From an uncultured virus (IMG/VR IMGVR_UViG_3300027751_000010) (Duplodnaviria; Heunggongvirae; Uroviricota; Caudoviricetes), in the IMG/VR virus record IMGVR_UViG_3300027751_000010: DNA of 64,000 nt; one strand, 5' to 3'. The stretch's first letter is position 1. Every line of letters starts with the position of its first letter. Below, piece by piece: positions 19,322 to 28,857 of this stretch. The translations under genes and the position numbers were made by a program. The notes below the pieces were generated by a model. That model was not told the DNA's origin and searched no databases. It was given only the letters and a program-made list of their open reading frames with translations.

Positions 19322-19855
19322 TTACTTCAAAAATTCATTAATTGGTAGATCATATTTCAAACTATCTACCTTGTGTATTCCAATCAAGTATAAGCAATAA
19401 GATGCTACACTTGATCCACGACCTACGCCCCACACTAACTTATTCTCGCGCATATAGTCTACTATATAAACAAGAAACTGTAGTAGTGGGATAAGGTCAC
19501 GTTCTTCAAACATTTTGTATTCAGTGTTAACACGCTCAAGCTCGGCGTCACTTTTACACTTATTTAGCAAAAATGTTTTTACGTCTAAATCTTTATAATG
19601 TTGCGGAATGCGCCAGTCATGTGATCTAATGTTGTGGTATGTCTCAGGATCAACTACGTCATCAACAGGCGCATTGATCGTAATTACACGGTCAAGCATC
19701 TGTTCAGCATACTTGTTGAAGCGAGTAATCTCGTCAGGCTCATCGACCATAACATCATCAATGTCATTGCCATATAGCAACGCAGTCCTAACCTCCTCAA
19801 CGGAGAGTATAGGATTACTGTAACGATCTGTATTTATTCGTCTGTTTTTTTCCAC
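19322..19855 (-). CDS. stand-alone DNA polymerase III alpha (DnaE)-like fragment
   Basis: ERVNTEY...VWGVGRGSSVASYCLYLIGIHKVD..KYDL...FL. Confidence 0.85.
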   Translation of the reverse strand: MEKNRRINTDRYSNPILSVEEVRTALLYGNDIDDVMVDEPDEITRFNKYAEQMLDRVITINAPVDDVVDPETYHNIRSHDWRIPQHYKDLDVKTFLLNKCKSDAELERVNTEYKMFEERDLIPLLQFLVYIVDYMRENKLVWGVGRGSSVASYCLYLIGIHKVDSLKYDLPINEFLK

Positions 19856-20472
19856 TTATCAATCACTATAATTTGCGCTTCTTCTTCAATCTTTTGCTGC
19901 CCAACATACTGCAACGGATCATGCTCTTTTACATATTCTACGTATGCTGGATCATCTGTTGCATAATCTGAAATTTCAATTGTGGGACGCATCCACCACG
20001 GGTTTTCATTTAGTGTCTCTTCGCCAATATATTCAATGCCAGGTAATACTGTGTAGTTGCCTGACTCACAACGGAAATGTCTATCAGCATAATCGTTGTC
20101 GCTACTAGATAATATTAAACAGTCAACAATCAATCCGTCACCAGCAATAGCTGTAAGCTTTGCGTGGAGCAGAGATGCAAGCACCAAATCATCTGGTTGC
20201 CCTGGCACATACATAATATTATTGTCTGTGTCAATCTCTAGTCCAGGCAGTAAATCGCTGTTATAATCAATCATTATAACACCATGTGTACAACTGTCAA
20301 GAAATATTCGCATTTTCTCCCACGCTATTCCCGCTTCGTCTTGCGATATAGTTGACGACACAGATACTTTCAAATTGAACACTGCAGGCTGGAGCCGATT
20401 GTCCAGTACTCTTATTCCAAAAAAGTCATGTTTCATTACTACAAATGAGTCAAAGCCCTCAGGGTATTCCAT
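19834..20472 (-). CDS. hypothetical protein
   Basis: 212-aa ORF in operon. Confidence 0.7.
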   Translation of the reverse strand: MEYPEGFDSFVVMKHDFFGIRVLDNRLQPAVFNLKVSVSSTISQDEAGIAWEKMRIFLDSCTHGVIMIDYNSDLLPGLEIDTDNNIMYVPGQPDDLVLASLLHAKLTAIAGDGLIVDCLILSSSDNDYADRHFRCESGNYTVLPGIEYIGEETLNENPWWMRPTIEISDYATDDPAYVEYVKEHDPLQYVGQQKIEEEAQIIVIDKWKKTDE

Positions 20473-20747
20473 TATTCATCTCCAGTTGGTTTGAGGTTCG
20501 ATATATCTTCAATGGTACCGATCTCGATTGTACCGTTTGGATTCTTCTCTAAATCTTCTGCGTTGCGCTTTAGTGCCATTCTGTTGTCCCACTCCATTTG
20601 ATATGACTCCAGCATCATCCTTGCGCTGTCCATCATGCTTTGGTGTCCCATACCCATCTCAGCGTACAGTATTTGTTGACATTTTGACATGCGTGATATT
20701 AGTTCGTCGTCAGTTAGTTTGCTAACGTCAATAAACGGATGCAACAC
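20472..20747 (-). CDS. hypothetical protein
   Basis: MLHPF.D.S.LTDDEL. Confidence 0.7.
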   Translation of the reverse strand: MLHPFIDVSKLTDDELISRMSKCQQILYAEMGMGHQSMMDSARMMLESYQMEWDNRMALKRNAEDLEKNPNGTIEIGTIEDISNLKPTGDE

Positions 20748-21196
20748 TAGATCGTGTCCTTAGAAGATTTAGAGACTTCTTGTGCGTTTGCTGTAGCAGC
20801 CTTTATCATACCAGTATAATAATCATTCCAGTCTGCTGTGCAAGTTATGTTGTTGCTATACGGTGGATTGCTTGTCAATGTTGGCCGAGTTGTACTATAA
20901 TAGCTACCGGCCGTATTAGGACCAACAGTACAAGTCCCATCACCTGTCCAAGTTCTGTAAATGGTATCGGTGGTCCATGGATTTTGGTTATAATGATTTT
21001 GACGTTGCCCCCGTTCAAGTGCATCCATACGTCTGAAAATCTCCGCTAATGGTCCTTCTACCTTATCTTCCGCATCATTTGCAATTGTAAGTGTAACGAT
21101 GAATAGTAATTTCTTTAGTGCTTCACGGATCGCAGGATCTTTGCTGGTCAATGCCGTGTCTAATAATTCGATTAGTTGTTGTAGTGTATCGTTCAT
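20747..21196 (-). CDS. hypothetical protein
   Basis: RBS GGAG; late promoter upstream. Confidence 0.7.
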   Translation of the reverse strand: MNDTLQQLIELLDTALTSKDPAIREALKKLLFIVTLTIANDAEDKVEGPLAEIFRRMDALERGQRQNHYNQNPWTTDTIYRTWTGDGTCTVGPNTAGSYYSTTRPTLTSNPPYSNNITCTADWNDYYTGMIKAATANAQEVSKSSKDTI

Positions 21197-21224
21197 AATG
21201 TCTCCGTTGTGTTGCGCTTATACT

Positions 21225-21232
21225 TATTTATC
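21225..21232 (-). promoter_or_regulatory. T4-late-like promoter GATAAATA
   Basis: tatttatc at the gene boundary. Confidence 0.6.
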
Positions 21233-21893
21233 CGCTTTTGCACAGCATGCCGTTAGTAACGGCATGCTGTAGCACAGCATCGAAGTAAAAAAGTGCGATA
21301 GATTCTTCCCAAAATAAGTTAACCATAAATCCAGGGTCAGGGAGAGGTGGGAAGTGCATAGAAGATAATGGATAACCGCCACCATCCTCATCTATATTGT
21401 CTGCATCATACAACCAAATAGCATCATTGCCGCCAACTTCAGAATTTAAAACTTCTTGAGGACTTGTAACTAATTTTGTATCCTTCAATCCATACCTTGA
21501 ATATGGATATGGTGTTGGATATGATCCTACATCTAATAGAATAGGTGAGGTAATTCGCTCAACTCGATTTAAAGTTGTTAACCATAATGGTTTTCCAAAG
21601 AAGGCGAGGATTTGCTCTGGATATTTTATACGGCATGGCCACGGTTCTGTTCTATACTTAGATACGGTTATCTTCTCTAAGAGTTCACTGCAAACACTTT
21701 CTTCTACATTATGTTTTGTTGGAGGAAGGTCGCCGACCAAATAGGTCATATCTTTTTCGGGTCGAACTGTGGCAATCTGTTCTTCGTACAAATCGTAAAA
21801 TTTTTGATTCTTTTCAGGAACAGTTAATCGTCTAAGAAACAAGTGTTTGTCAGAAAACGTTTCGTGATTATATGGAAACCTATTCAAGTTCAT
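21228..21893 (-). CDS. hypothetical protein
   Basis: TFSDKHLFLRRL near N-terminus. Confidence 0.65.
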   Translation of the reverse strand: MNLNRFPYNHETFSDKHLFLRRLTVPEKNQKFYDLYEEQIATVRPEKDMTYLVGDLPPTKHNVEESVCSELLEKITVSKYRTEPWPCRIKYPEQILAFFGKPLWLTTLNRVERITSPILLDVGSYPTPYPYSRYGLKDTKLVTSPQEVLNSEVGGNDAIWLYDADNIDEDGGGYPLSSMHFPPLPDPGFMVNLFWEESIALFYFDAVLQHAVTNGMLCKSG

Positions 21894-22122
21894 CCGCGTA
21901 GTCTTCTTCCTCTTCTTGCGTATTATCTATGCCATACTTCTCACAAATCGCAGCAACCCGTTTTGCTAATGCAACGTCACCTTTATAAGTGAGTGTCAGA
22001 TAAAACATAGGACTCAATCCATCTTCTACTTCTTCGGGTTTCTTCGCTGGCACGAAAGATAAGAGAAACCTAATGTCCTCTTGTATCTCTTCGGGTATTG
22101 TCTTACTCATAGTATATTCCAT
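21880..22122 (-). CDS. hypothetical protein
   Basis: ORF behind promoter. Confidence 0.65.
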   Translation of the reverse strand: MEYTMSKTIPEEIQEDIRFLLSFVPAKKPEEVEDGLSPMFYLTLTYKGDVALAKRVAAICEKYGIDNTQEEEEDYADELE

Positions 22123-22139
22123 TAATGGGCTATACGCAC

Positions 22140-22168
22140 ATTATAATACATTTTGAGCCGTTTGTCAA
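22140..22168 (-). promoter_or_regulatory. sigma70-like promoter TTGACA-N17-TATAAT
   Basis: perfect consensus. Confidence 0.85.
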
Positions 22169-22509
22169 ACTAAATCTATGGTTTGGTCCCAAAAACATCT
22201 AAAGACTAATTTGTCAGGGAGTTGGTCTGCTGATTTGATTATGATTAGGTGCTCACCTTTTCCTAATGCTATAGGGATTTTGGTAGAGCTGAGGATATTT
22301 ACACTGTAATAGCAAATTTCTAAAATTAAAAGACTATCTTTTTCTACCCACGTGCGCTCGAATGTGCGTACTAGGTTGGTTTGGGAGAAGGTGTATATGT
22401 TTTGTTTTGTGAGGGGTATAGGATTACCTAACCGAATAAAAAATTCAAGTTTTTGTATGGCATGTTCGTCGCGCGCCGCTATGCTTGTTTCGCGCTCGTT
22501 TCCAGCCAC
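22165..22509 (-). CDS. hypothetical; paralog of 22479..22805
   Basis: QKLEFFIRLGNPIPL vs KELEFLIRIHTPVTL. Confidence 0.6.
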   Translation of the reverse strand: MAGNERETSIAARDEHAIQKLEFFIRLGNPIPLTKQNIYTFSQTNLVRTFERTWVEKDSLLILEICYYSVNILSSTKIPIALGKGEHLIIIKSADQLPDKLVFRCFWDQTIDLV

Positions 22510-22805
22510 GCTTCAAAGTCTCTTCTACCGCTTGTAGTCAATGCCAGTTTTACAATTTCACCTGACCGCAAATTCCTAATCTCGTCTACAATGTGTACGG
22601 AGAAATCGAAGGTCGGTCTAAGATAAAAATATTGGTGACTGTGGCCTATGTAATCTAAAAACCCTTGCTGTACCAATTCACTTAACGAATAAAAATCATC
22701 GTATACGGCATTGACATAATCGGCGTGGTTCCTTGACTCCACAAGCGTTACTGGTGTGTGTATGCGGATCAAAAATTCTAATTCTTTTTTTCGTGCTTGT
22801 TCCAC
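22479..22805 (-). CDS. hypothetical protein
   Basis: see paralog 22165..22509. Confidence 0.6.
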   Translation of the reverse strand: MEQARKKELEFLIRIHTPVTLVESRNHADYVNAVYDDFYSLSELVQQGFLDYIGHSHQYFYLRPTFDFSVHIVDEIRNLRSGEIVKLALTTSGRRDFEAWLETSAKQA

Positions 22806-22879
22806 TATTGTTCCTAATCGAGTGTTCTTACATATATTTAGCCTTTTTCCTTAAAGGCATTAACATATAAGATACTAAA

Positions 22880-23146
22880 TTAGGGACGGAATAGGTCGGC
22901 TACTGCTTCTTTTAGGGAGCGTTGTGCGTCACCGTAGACCAGTCGGCCTTCACGGTTCACGCTATCTTTGAGGTAGGATTCAGGGTCGGGGACAACGGAA
23001 ACAGTGCCGCCAAACACTGCTGCGGCGGCAACGGTTCCAATTGCGGTGGGGATAGTGTTTGCAACATCGCGTGTATCATCTCCTACACGTTGGGTCGATG
23101 CGCATCCACTAAGGGTAAGGGTCAATGCGATGAGAAGTAATCTCAC
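22880..23146 (-). CDS. putative lipoprotein
   Basis: signal peptide with lipobox LSGC. Confidence 0.7.
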   Translation of the reverse strand: MRLLLIALTLTLSGCASTQRVGDDTRDVANTIPTAIGTVAAAAVFGGTVSVVPDPESYLKDSVNREGRLVYGDAQRSLKEAVADLFRP

Positions 23147-23319
23147 TTAAAGAGGCTCCACTTCTTGTTTGGATCATAGCGCAAACCTAGCGCCAGTCCG
23201 CCGAGTCCAGCTGCCGCTATAATGCCTGCACCCTTCGCCGCTCGCTTACCGAACCCGTCCTTCTTCTGTTCCATTCTGCGTATCTTTTCTTCCAGTTCTC
23301 TTTCATAACGTGTTGCCAT
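23143..23319 (-). CDS. small membrane-associated protein (58 aa)
   Basis: hand-translated MATRYERELEEK...GAGIIAAAGLGGLALG; RBS AAGGAG. Confidence 0.6.
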   Translation of the reverse strand: MATRYERELEEKIRRMEQKKDGFGKRAAKGAGIIAAAGLGGLALGLRYDPNKKWSLFK

Positions 23320-23344
23320 TGTCTTTACTCCTTAAGTAAATCAG

Positions 23345-23500
23345 TTACACCAAACCTAATGTCAGTACATGAATCCAATATCTTGCAATCTCTGACCCTT
23401 GGACGTGGGCGCGATGAAGAAGAGATATTATCAGCATCGCTATCCCAAAATTAAGGGCACAGTAACCAATGAGGTTAAAGGCTTTGAAGACTTTATTCAT
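23345..23500 (-). CDS. small membrane protein (51 aa)
   Basis: hand-translated MNKVFKAFNLIGYCALNFGIAML... Confidence 0.5.
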   Translation of the reverse strand: MNKVFKAFNLIGYCALNFGIAMLIISLLHRAHVQGSEIARYWIHVLTLGLV

Positions 23501-23717
23501 CGCTATCAACCGGGAACATGTCCTCGGGGCTCGGGTCTACGTCGAGAGCGTGAACCTCGTACTCAGATTCACCGTCTTCGTCCTCGACGGGGTAGTGTTC
23601 TTCCAGGTAGGCGACAAATGCATCTGCTTTGTCCGAATCAGTAAATACGGCAAGCGGATTTTGCAAACCATCAAAAATCTCACCTGTCACCAAATACATA
23701 GTCTTTTTCATAATCAT
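23493..23717 (-). CDS. hypothetical acidic protein
   Basis: YLVTGE...LAVFTDSDKA. Confidence 0.65.
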   Translation of the reverse strand: MIMKKTMYLVTGEIFDGLQNPLAVFTDSDKADAFVAYLEEHYPVEDEDGESEYEVHALDVDPSPEDMFPVDSDE

Positions 23718-23734
23718 ATTTCCTGTGTTAAAAA

Positions 23735-24067
23735 TTAATCGTAGTAACCGTCATTACGTTCCAAGTCGCGCTCTTCTTGGCGCCACCGCTGTTCTTCACC
23801 GCTGCGGCAATAGTATTCCGAACCATAGCGAGCGGGGAACGAATCCCAATACTTGGGACTAAGAGGAATATCATCAGACCATGCAACAATAATCTTCTCG
23901 CAAAGTGCTTGTGCGGCAGTTGCTTCATCAAAGGTTTTGAAATGGCGCAGACGCTTACCGTCTTCGCGCTCATATACCACGTTGTAGACTGATTTCTCAC
24001 GCGGCCCACCGTCTTCTGTGTGACCATCGCGCACCAATTCTTCATTAACGTAAAATGCAAAGTTCAT
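23735..24067 (-). CDS. hypothetical protein
   Basis: W...PARYGSEYY motif. Confidence 0.65.
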   Translation of the reverse strand: MNFAFYVNEELVRDGHTEDGGPREKSVYNVVYEREDGKRLRHFKTFDEATAAQALCEKIIVAWSDDIPLSPKYWDSFPARYGSEYYCRSGEEQRWRQEERDLERNDGYYD

Positions 24068-24276
24068 TAGTTTTTCCAGTTATCCAGTTGACGGTGAGCT
24101 TGGTAAGGAGTACCATCTTTCCTGCGCCGCGAGCTTTTATTAAACTCTGCTTGGCGTCTTTTGGTTTGCGCATTGTCGATTTCCTGCGCATGCCGTATGT
24201 CATTCATGTCAGAGATGCTCAGGAAATGACCTGAACCATCCCCACCCTGTTTTCTTGCTGCGGTCATCTTGCTCAT
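24067..24276 (-). CDS. hypothetical basic protein
   Basis: first gene after a strong promoter. Confidence 0.6.
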   Translation of the reverse strand: MSKMTAARKQGGDGSGHFLSISDMNDIRHAQEIDNAQTKRRQAEFNKSSRRRKDGTPYQAHRQLDNWKN

Positions 24277-24293
24277 GTTCGTTACATCTCTTG

Positions 24294-24335
24294 TCTCAGT
24301 ATCTATATTATACTAAAAGATGAAGGAAAAGTCAA
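24294..24335 (-). promoter_or_regulatory. sigma70-like promoter, repeated cassette copy 1 (TTGACT-N17-TATAAT)
   Basis: tctcagtatctatattatactaaaagat... shared with 28052 and 58645. Confidence 0.85.
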
Positions 24336-24351
24336 ATCTAAATCTTCAACG

Positions 24352-24402
24352 AAATCAACGACTTACAATTATTTTGGAAACTCTATATAAATCAATAACT
24401 TA
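24352..24402. repeat. two AAATCAAnnACTTA boxes upstream of the -35
   Basis: aaatcaacgactta 24352-24365; aaatcaataactta 24389-24402. Confidence 0.85.
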
Positions 24403-24494
24403 GTGTTTCCTGTTGTTTACTGCGTGAATAACTAAAACTGCGGCTGCAACTGCCATACCAATCATAACTACGCTACCTAAAAAATGTTCTAACA

Positions 24495-25244
24495 TTATTC
24501 CCCTCCTGGAATTACAAAATGATAATCTGAAAATAGCGCCATGTTTGGGTGCGCCTCTGCCATTGCCCTTACCTTGTCCTGAGATATCCAAATTGAGTCT
24601 CGAGCTGTGTTTATGTAAGCATCAATCTCCATGGTAGGAAGGTCTTTGTAAAGATGTGCTGCATCGTTTTTGCAAACAAACAATTTATTGCCGCCCATTG
24701 CTATGGGTGTGTAAGGATAATCTTTCAAGAAGTCCATTGATGCAGCATTAACTTCGTCCCAACCGCCATGTTGGAAATCATCAATAATAATAACACCGTT
24801 GTCTGTTAACACAGAGTCAGCAATAATCAAATCGTTCAATGCTTCATGGTAACTGTGTCCACCATCAATTGAGAATAGGCGAACGCCCATGCCATTGGTT
24901 GTAAAAATGTTTGCCTTTGGGTCAAGCCGTAATGAATTCTCTTTGAGGATACACACAGTTGCATCTGGCAATATGCTTGCCATGTTATCAGCAAAAATAG
25001 GAAGACTTCCGTTACCAGACTTACTTACGTTTTCATCCTGCCTTTCAAATACATCTACTGCAAATGCCCATTCGTTTTCACGTTGACAAGACGCTAACAC
25101 AAGGAAAAACTTTCCGTGGTGTACGCCAATCTCAACAATATGACCGGGTGAACCTTCTTGAATTTCATTGACCTCTTCTAACATAGGAATTACCTGGGGT
25201 TCTATCCAACCACTTAGGCATGATATGTCGTAATATGTAAGCAT
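24495..25244 (-). CDS. class I SAM-dependent methyltransferase (Methyltransf_24-like)
   Basis: VEIGVHHGK, AVDVF, FSIDGGHSY, GVIIIDD. Confidence 0.88.
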   Translation of the reverse strand: MLTYYDISCLSGWIEPQVIPMLEEVNEIQEGSPGHIVEIGVHHGKFFLVLASCQRENEWAFAVDVFERQDENVSKSGNGSLPIFADNMASILPDATVCILKENSLRLDPKANIFTTNGMGVRLFSIDGGHSYHEALNDLIIADSVLTDNGVIIIDDFQHGGWDEVNAASMDFLKDYPYTPIAMGGNKLFVCKNDAAHLYKDLPTMEIDAYINTARDSIWISQDKVRAMAEAHPNMALFSDYHFVIPGGE

Positions 25245-25265
25245 TATTTCTTCTCGTTAATTTTC

Positions 25266-25490
25266 TTAGCCATTTCGTACTGGACCTTTGTTGGTCAATT
25301 CGTAACCTGGCACACTTAGTGTGATGTGGTCCCACATTATATAGTTATCATGTTTGAAATTGTAAAGCTTCTTATATTCAACCTTACAATATAAGTCAGT
25401 GTATTCTACCTTCTTAAACGCAAGCCTCGACGGCATCTCCGTCGCAACCAACGTGTAATCTCTTTCGTCTTCTAATTCCATTCTAGCCAT
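25266..25490 (-). CDS. hypothetical protein
   Basis: ORF in operon. Confidence 0.55.
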   Translation of the reverse strand: MARMELEDERDYTLVATEMPSRLAFKKVEYTDLYCKVEYKKLYNFKHDNYIMWDHITLSVPGYELTNKGPVRNG

Positions 25491-25828
25491 CCATTAGACC
25501 TTGACCCTTCTTTCGGACCTGTTGTTGCAAGTGCCTCGCTGACCTTTCCATATTTTAGCGCGAGACTAAATAATTCTTTGTCTGTAAAATATGTAGTGAG
25601 TATATATTTCCACGTTAGCAAATTAGGTATCAGACCACTCTCCTGCAAATTCTTTAATTTATACTCTATAACTACCTTACGATTCTCCATCGTGTCTTCA
25701 AGTTCCCGCATTTGTAAACTGCCCACTATGGCCCGTTCTGCAGTTTCCAGGCAGACCTCCATGGCTCTGGTTGTTCCCGAGAGTACACCGTAACCATAGA
25801 ATGCTGTACAGCCTTTTGAAATACTCAC
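25472..25828 (-). CDS. hypothetical, FTxKELF family
   Basis: YFTDKELFSLALKYG. Confidence 0.65.
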   Translation of the reverse strand: MSISKGCTAFYGYGVLSGTTRAMEVCLETAERAIVGSLQMRELEDTMENRKVVIEYKLKNLQESGLIPNLLTWKYILTTYFTDKELFSLALKYGKVSEALATTGPKEGSRSNGWLEWN

Positions 25829-26094
25829 AATGTAACATCCTTTGGTGTGCGGGCTAATAGCTCACCAACAACCGAATACTGTAATGACAATTCAAATAAC
25901 TCTTTCTCAGTAAACAACTGGCGTAACCACACACCTATTTGGGGTATGTCTGTGCCTTCGACGGTTACCCAACCGAGGCTTCGATATATGCTTGCGTTTG
26001 CAGATTTTATTGCCATCTTAATTCTCTCGCGCTTCTCATCATCACCATGTATGTGACTGATTGGTATGTCCAGCGGTGGGCCAAACGGTTTCAC
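25825..26094 (-). CDS. hypothetical, FTxKELF family
   Basis: LRQLFTEKELFELSLQY. Confidence 0.65.
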   Translation of the reverse strand: MKPFGPPLDIPISHIHGDDEKRERIKMAIKSANASIYRSLGWVTVEGTDIPQIGVWLRQLFTEKELFELSLQYSVVGELLARTPKDVTL

Positions 26095-26510
26095 TTTGGC
26101 TCCTTCGCTCTATATTTCCTACGCGCAGGATTATGGATCTGACAGAACACCGTATCTACATCATCAAAGTATTTTCCGTACGTTGGGCTATCGTCAAACA
26201 AAACGTCAATACCCATCTCTGCACAATAATCGGCCTTCGCTCTGTTCCAAGCAAGCGGGTCAGCCCATGGCATACCCTCGTCGTCCCACCAGACCTCAAC
26301 GTCGGGCCGCCCTACTAAATAATCAGTAATGGAGAAGTGCTTGACTTTTGACAGGTCTACCAAGTGACCGATCTGTTCCTCAAACTGCGAATAAGGTAAT
26401 CCACTCATAACGTGTACCTCAACGTCTGAGTGATCCAATAGCTTTTCAATAAGCTTTGGGAACACGTCAAACGTATCAATTACACCATGGATGTCAAACC
26501 CTAATTTCAT
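26091..26510 (-). CDS. HAD-superfamily hydrolase
   Basis: GFDIHGVI, VMSG, KA..C, LFDDSP. Confidence 0.75.
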   Translation of the reverse strand: MKLGFDIHGVIDTFDVFPKLIEKLLDHSDVEVHVMSGLPYSQFEEQIGHLVDLSKVKHFSITDYLVGRPDVEVWWDDEGMPWADPLAWNRAKADYCAEMGIDVLFDDSPTYGKYFDDVDTVFCQIHNPARRKYRAKEPK

Positions 26511-26971
26511 TTATTCATCTCCTTGTGTACATGCGGAAATTCTAAACTCAACTTAAATAATTCTTTCTCAGTAAACAGTTGCTTTAATATTCCCTTATCG
26601 GGCGAGCCGCGGTGCCTGACCAAATTATCTACGGTTTGTTCCCGATAAATGTTTTTGAGGTAGGCTGGAATAACAGTAGTGGTGCCACGAGTTTTACTTT
26701 TCTTTGACGTTGACGGCTGAGGCATCTGCACTAATTTAAGCTCACACCCCACAACCTGACACGACGTACCAATATCTCCAAGTTTTTCAATTTGCAATTG
26801 TGCGCGCTGTGCCGTCGAGAATTGATGTCCTTTTTCAAGGTACGGTCCTACGAAATCTTCCATGCTCCACTGTAAACTCTTGGAGGAAGACCGTTTGTAA
26901 AATCCAAATTTGCTATGTTGAATTAAATAGAGCATTTTATTTACACACCAATTGATCTTGTTCACCGTCAT
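26507..26971 (-). CDS. hypothetical, FTxKELF family
   Basis: LKQLFTEKELFKLSLEF; true start may be MLYLIQ. Confidence 0.65.
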   Translation of the reverse strand: MTVNKINWCVNKMLYLIQHSKFGFYKRSSSKSLQWSMEDFVGPYLEKGHQFSTAQRAQLQIEKLGDIGTSCQVVGCELKLVQMPQPSTSKKSKTRGTTTVIPAYLKNIYREQTVDNLVRHRGSPDKGILKQLFTEKELFKLSLEFPHVHKEMNK

Positions 26972-27368
26972 CGTATGCCAGCGTGAGTAACCACATATCA
27001 GCTACGCTTTCCATTTTGACAAGTGCAGTAAACACATGCGATTGAATATAAGATTGTATAATTCCTTGATTGTTCTTACGGAAAAGACCATTACCAATAA
27101 ATGCGCCATGCACATTAAACATCATATACCCATCGTTGTTCGGGTTGTAGACAATGTATATACTATCCAGTTGGTCGATACCCAAACACGTATACAGTTC
27201 GGGATTCACGAGTGATGCACGATTTGGCGCCACAGTTGTTGCCTCAGCGCAAGTGCCGTTGGTGACGCCCTCACAAGGCATTCGGTCGCTAACGGTGCCC
27301 GGCCCCAAACCAGCAAAACTATTGCAAGATAACAAACCTAAACCAACAAGTAACCCAATGCGTATCAT
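26937..27368 (-). CDS. secreted protein or lipoprotein, Cys-containing
   Basis: signal peptide MIRIGLLVGLGLLSCNSFA. Confidence 0.65.
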   Translation of the reverse strand: MIRIGLLVGLGLLSCNSFAGLGPGTVSDRMPCEGVTNGTCAEATTVAPNRASLVNPELYTCLGIDQLDSIYIVYNPNNDGYMMFNVHGAFIGNGLFRKNNQGIIQSYIQSHVFTALVKMESVADMWLLTLAYDDGEQDQLVCK

Positions 27369-27757
27369 CTATCAAAACTCCAATGTCCGTTCTGTACAAA
27401 AGAATAAGTGTCGCCGCTGCGAGGAACGATCAAATGATCGCGAACCTTCACCGCGTGACTCTCACGTAAAATCTCGTCCAATTTCTGCGTAGCAACAAAA
27501 TCCAATTCGCTAGGATGACAATGGTCACTGTTAGGATGACCATGCACCAGCGTCAGCATTGCTGCGCCAAAATATTCAATCGCTGCCTTCACCTTGTTGA
27601 CCGAAATGTTGACCCGATCCTGACAGCCTGATCCAGCCTCAACCATTACGTAGCCCATGTTACGACCATGCGCATCCTGCAGGATCACACCAACACGCTC
27701 GTAGCGGGTATTGCGGAACCCCTGCAAAAACTGACGATAGCTAAAAATGTCTTTCAT
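27365..27757 (-). CDS. RadC-like JAB domain protein
   Basis: E...LVHGHPNS...PSELD...DHLIV...YSF. Confidence 0.85.
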   Translation of the reverse strand: MKDIFSYRQFLQGFRNTRYERVGVILQDAHGRNMGYVMVEAGSGCQDRVNISVNKVKAAIEYFGAAMLTLVHGHPNSDHCHPSELDFVATQKLDEILRESHAVKVRDHLIVPRSGDTYSFVQNGHWSFDR

Positions 27758-28038
27758 TCTGAAACCACCTTGTCAATGTGATGCACAATCTTGCTAAAAT
27801 TTTCAGCTGCCGCTAGCAGCATCTCATCAAGCACTTCTTCATTCGCTTCAGTTTCAGTAAGCTCTTTCTCTTTGAGATACTGACCGTATTCGATACCTAT
27901 CTGCATTGAGTATTCTGCGACCTTTGAACACTTGCTAATGAGATTCTGTTTAGTCTGCCCATACCGTACGCCACGCTTATAGCTAAAAAAAGCACAAACC
28001 GTGACCAGCCCAAGCATTATCATTTCGTAGTCGTTCAT
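27754..28038 (-). CDS. hypothetical membrane-anchored protein
   Basis: N-terminal TM helix; RBS GAGG. Confidence 0.65.
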   Translation of the reverse strand: MNDYEMIMLGLVTVCAFFSYKRGVRYGQTKQNLISKCSKVAEYSMQIGIEYGQYLKEKELTETEANEEVLDEMLLAAAENFSKIVHHIDKVVSE

Positions 28039-28051
28039 TCGCCTTCCTCTA

Positions 28052-28093
28052 TCTCAGTATCTATATTATACTAAAAGATAAGCCAAAAGTCAA
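28052..28093 (-). promoter_or_regulatory. sigma70-like promoter, repeated cassette copy 2
   Basis: near-identical to 24294..24335. Confidence 0.85.
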
Positions 28094-28109
28094 ATCTAAA
28101 TGTTCAAGG

Positions 28110-28154
28110 AAATCAAGAGGTTATAAAATAATAGGAAACGTAAGTCTTTGATTT
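28110..28154. repeat. inverted pair of AAATCAA boxes
   Basis: aaatcaagaggtta 28110-28123; taagtctttgattt 28141-28154. Confidence 0.75.
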
Positions 28155-28620
28155 ATAAGAGCCACAGCGTTGCACTGATATTAGACCCACCAAAAACGTC
28201 CTCAAAGATGCATAACAGCCTATTTTCATCGCCGCCGCCAAGGCCAGCGCCAATAAAGGGGAAGTGTACGTCGGTGGATAAGGATGGTTCAGATTGGACA
28301 GCAGCCTCAACATAATCTTCCACAGCCAACAACGCAGCTCTCACCGCCTCATAATCAACATACACCTTATCACTTCCAAACTTGTCTTGGGTGATAGCAT
28401 TGTGGATAATAAGGTTCGGGGCAACGCAAACTGGGATAACCTGACCGAGTCTTGCATAACCATCCGCACAATGTCTGTGATATACTTCGTATGCTTTTGG
28501 ATACATATCGCGTACAATTTTAGCAACACCACCACCCATTACACCCTGCGCATTACAACCATGGACAATGTGTCCTTCAGTGTTTGCAAACAAGTCGCCA
28601 CGTTTTATTTCAAAGCTCAT
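28153..28620 (-). CDS. macro domain (ADP-ribose binding/hydrolase) protein
   Basis: GDLF, IVHGCNAQGVMGGGVA, FPFIGAGLGGG. Confidence 0.92.
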   Translation of the reverse strand: MSFEIKRGDLFANTEGHIVHGCNAQGVMGGGVAKIVRDMYPKAYEVYHRHCADGYARLGQVIPVCVAPNLIIHNAITQDKFGSDKVYVDYEAVRAALLAVEDYVEAAVQSEPSLSTDVHFPFIGAGLGGGDENRLLCIFEDVFGGSNISATLWLL

Positions 28621-28801
28621 CCATATTCTCCGAGTCTTGTTGTCTCTGCTCCATCGCTTCCTGTTCCATACGCTCTAAGTATTCAGTGTAGTAACCATCT
28701 GATCCGTGTTCAGGATCACCATAGCACATAGAACAAGAAGAACCTTGGTCGTCAGGAATATATGACCCACAGCCTGTACAATTAGCCATTACTTTCTCCA
28801 T
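28610..28801 (-). CDS. small zinc-ribbon protein
   Basis: CTGCG...CSMCYGD. Confidence 0.6.
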   Translation of the reverse strand: MEKVMANCTGCGSYIPDDQGSSCSMCYGDPEHGSDGYYTEYLERMEQEAMEQRQQDSENMDEL

Positions 28802-28813
28802 TTGAGAATATAT

Positions 28814-28842
28814 ATGATAACATCTTTCTTAGTGATTGTCAA
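28814..28842 (-). promoter_or_regulatory. sigma70-like promoter TTGACA-N17-TATCAT
   Basis: near consensus. Confidence 0.65.
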
Positions 28843-28857
28843 GAATAATTTGACATA

